Source: Octopus sinensis | Lineage: Eukaryota | DNA: 50,752 nucleotides | Direction: 5' to 3' | NCBI RefSeq assembly: GCF_006345805.1 | Contig: NW_021835337.1 | Coordinates: 1-50,752, forward strand | Shown here: one piece after another, positions 49,803-50,752 of the stretch | Position numbering within the stretch: position 1 is the first letter of the stretch | Layout of the letters: the number at the start of each line of letters is the position of its first letter | Notes under the pieces: generated by a model | What the model saw: the letters and a program-made list of their open reading frames with translations, nothing else | Told to the model about the DNA's origin: nothing | Databases searched by the model: none | Program-made: the position numbers and the translations under genes

Positions 49803-49818
49803 GCTATATATTGGTTCT

Positions 49819-50250
49819 GTGGAGGCGCAATGGCCCAGTGGTTAGGGCAGCGGACTCGCGGTCGTAGGATCGCGGTTTCGATTCCCAGACCGGGCGTTGT
49901 GTGTGTTTATTGAGCCTAAAGCTCCACGCCTAAAGCTCCACGCCTAAAGCTCCACGCCTAAAGCTCCACGCCTAAAGCTCCACGAGGCTCCTGCAGGGGA
50001 TGGTGGTGATCCCTGCTGTACTCTTTCACCACAACTTTCTCTCACTCTTACTTCCTGTTTCTGTTGTACCTGTATTTCAAAGGGCCGGCCTTGTCACTCT
50101 CTGTGTCACGCTGAATATCCCTGAGAACTACGTTAAAGGTACACGTGTCTGTGGAGTGCTCAGCCACTTACACGTTAATTTCACGAGCAGGCTGTTCCGT
50201 TGATTCGGATCAACCGGGACCCTCATCGTCTTAACCGACGGAGTGCTTCC
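49819..50250 (+). mobile_element. SINE family B with internal 14 bp x5 tandem expansion
   Basis: (GCCTAAAGCTCCAC)5 at 49914-49983. Confidence 0.9.
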
Positions 50251-50591
50251 AACTAAGAGAGAAAGTTCATTAGACCACTTTTTGTGGTAATAACCATAGA
50301 AAAAACTAAGACTGACGATGCTATCTTGAGATGACAAGGGTTAAATTACCCTTCTCATATTTTTTCCTGTATCTCACCTAGCACACACACGATATGTCCA
50401 TACCCCTTGGAACTTTCTGCTCGTGTGTAGTATCACGATGACTCAGCCTTTCTTCTCCTTTGGAAATTCCCTGCTCATATTTCCCCTGCACACAATTAAC
50501 TTACAGTTCTATTTTTCAGAGATGAGGAATTATGTACGTTATTTACATTATTTACATTTGACGGATATTTGTCCTCATCTTGTTTGTTGTT

Positions 50592-50638
50592 AACACAACG
50601 TTTCGGCTGATATTACCCTCTAGCCTTCATCAGGTGTC
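50592..50638 (-). ncRNA. Minimal type I hammerhead motif
   Basis: Minus strand: gacac-CTGATGA-A-GGCT(13 nt)AGCC-GAAAC-GTT-gtgtt; 5 bp stem I, intact core. Confidence 0.72.
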
Positions 50639-50685
50639 TTGGGGAAATTTCGAACCTGGGTTTTCATTCCTAAGGTATTTTTCGA

Positions 50686-50751
<66 letters not shown>

Positions 50752-50752
50752 A
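50686..50752. repeat. (ATT)n microsatellite running off the window end
   Basis: Directly visible. Confidence 0.95.

Overview
Eukaryotic, repeat-saturated, AT-rich DNA with no host gene exon I can support. The SINE/MITE families look like those I recall from Octopus genomes (inference, no search run). Nearly all ORFs in the track are microsatellite or SINE read-throughs. Recognisable coding remnants are all transposon-derived and broken: mariner, Penelope GIY-YIG, Chapaev3-like, CR1-like, RTE, two hAT pieces, an L1/Tx1 lacking its RT, and a CRE-type RLE C-terminus. The window also holds about 40 tRNA-headed SINE copies built from shuffled head/body/tail modules, several MITEs with clear TIRs/TSDs, two Helitrons and several large inverted structures. 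The main hidden signal is eight complete type I hammerhead-ribozyme-like motifs from at least six sequence types. All have tiny (quasi-)palindromic stem III, seven of the eight have a (TA)n/(CA)n tract shortly 3' of the predicted cleavage site, and four cluster around the Penelope endonuclease remnant. Coordinates were counted by hand; diverged ends are approximate.
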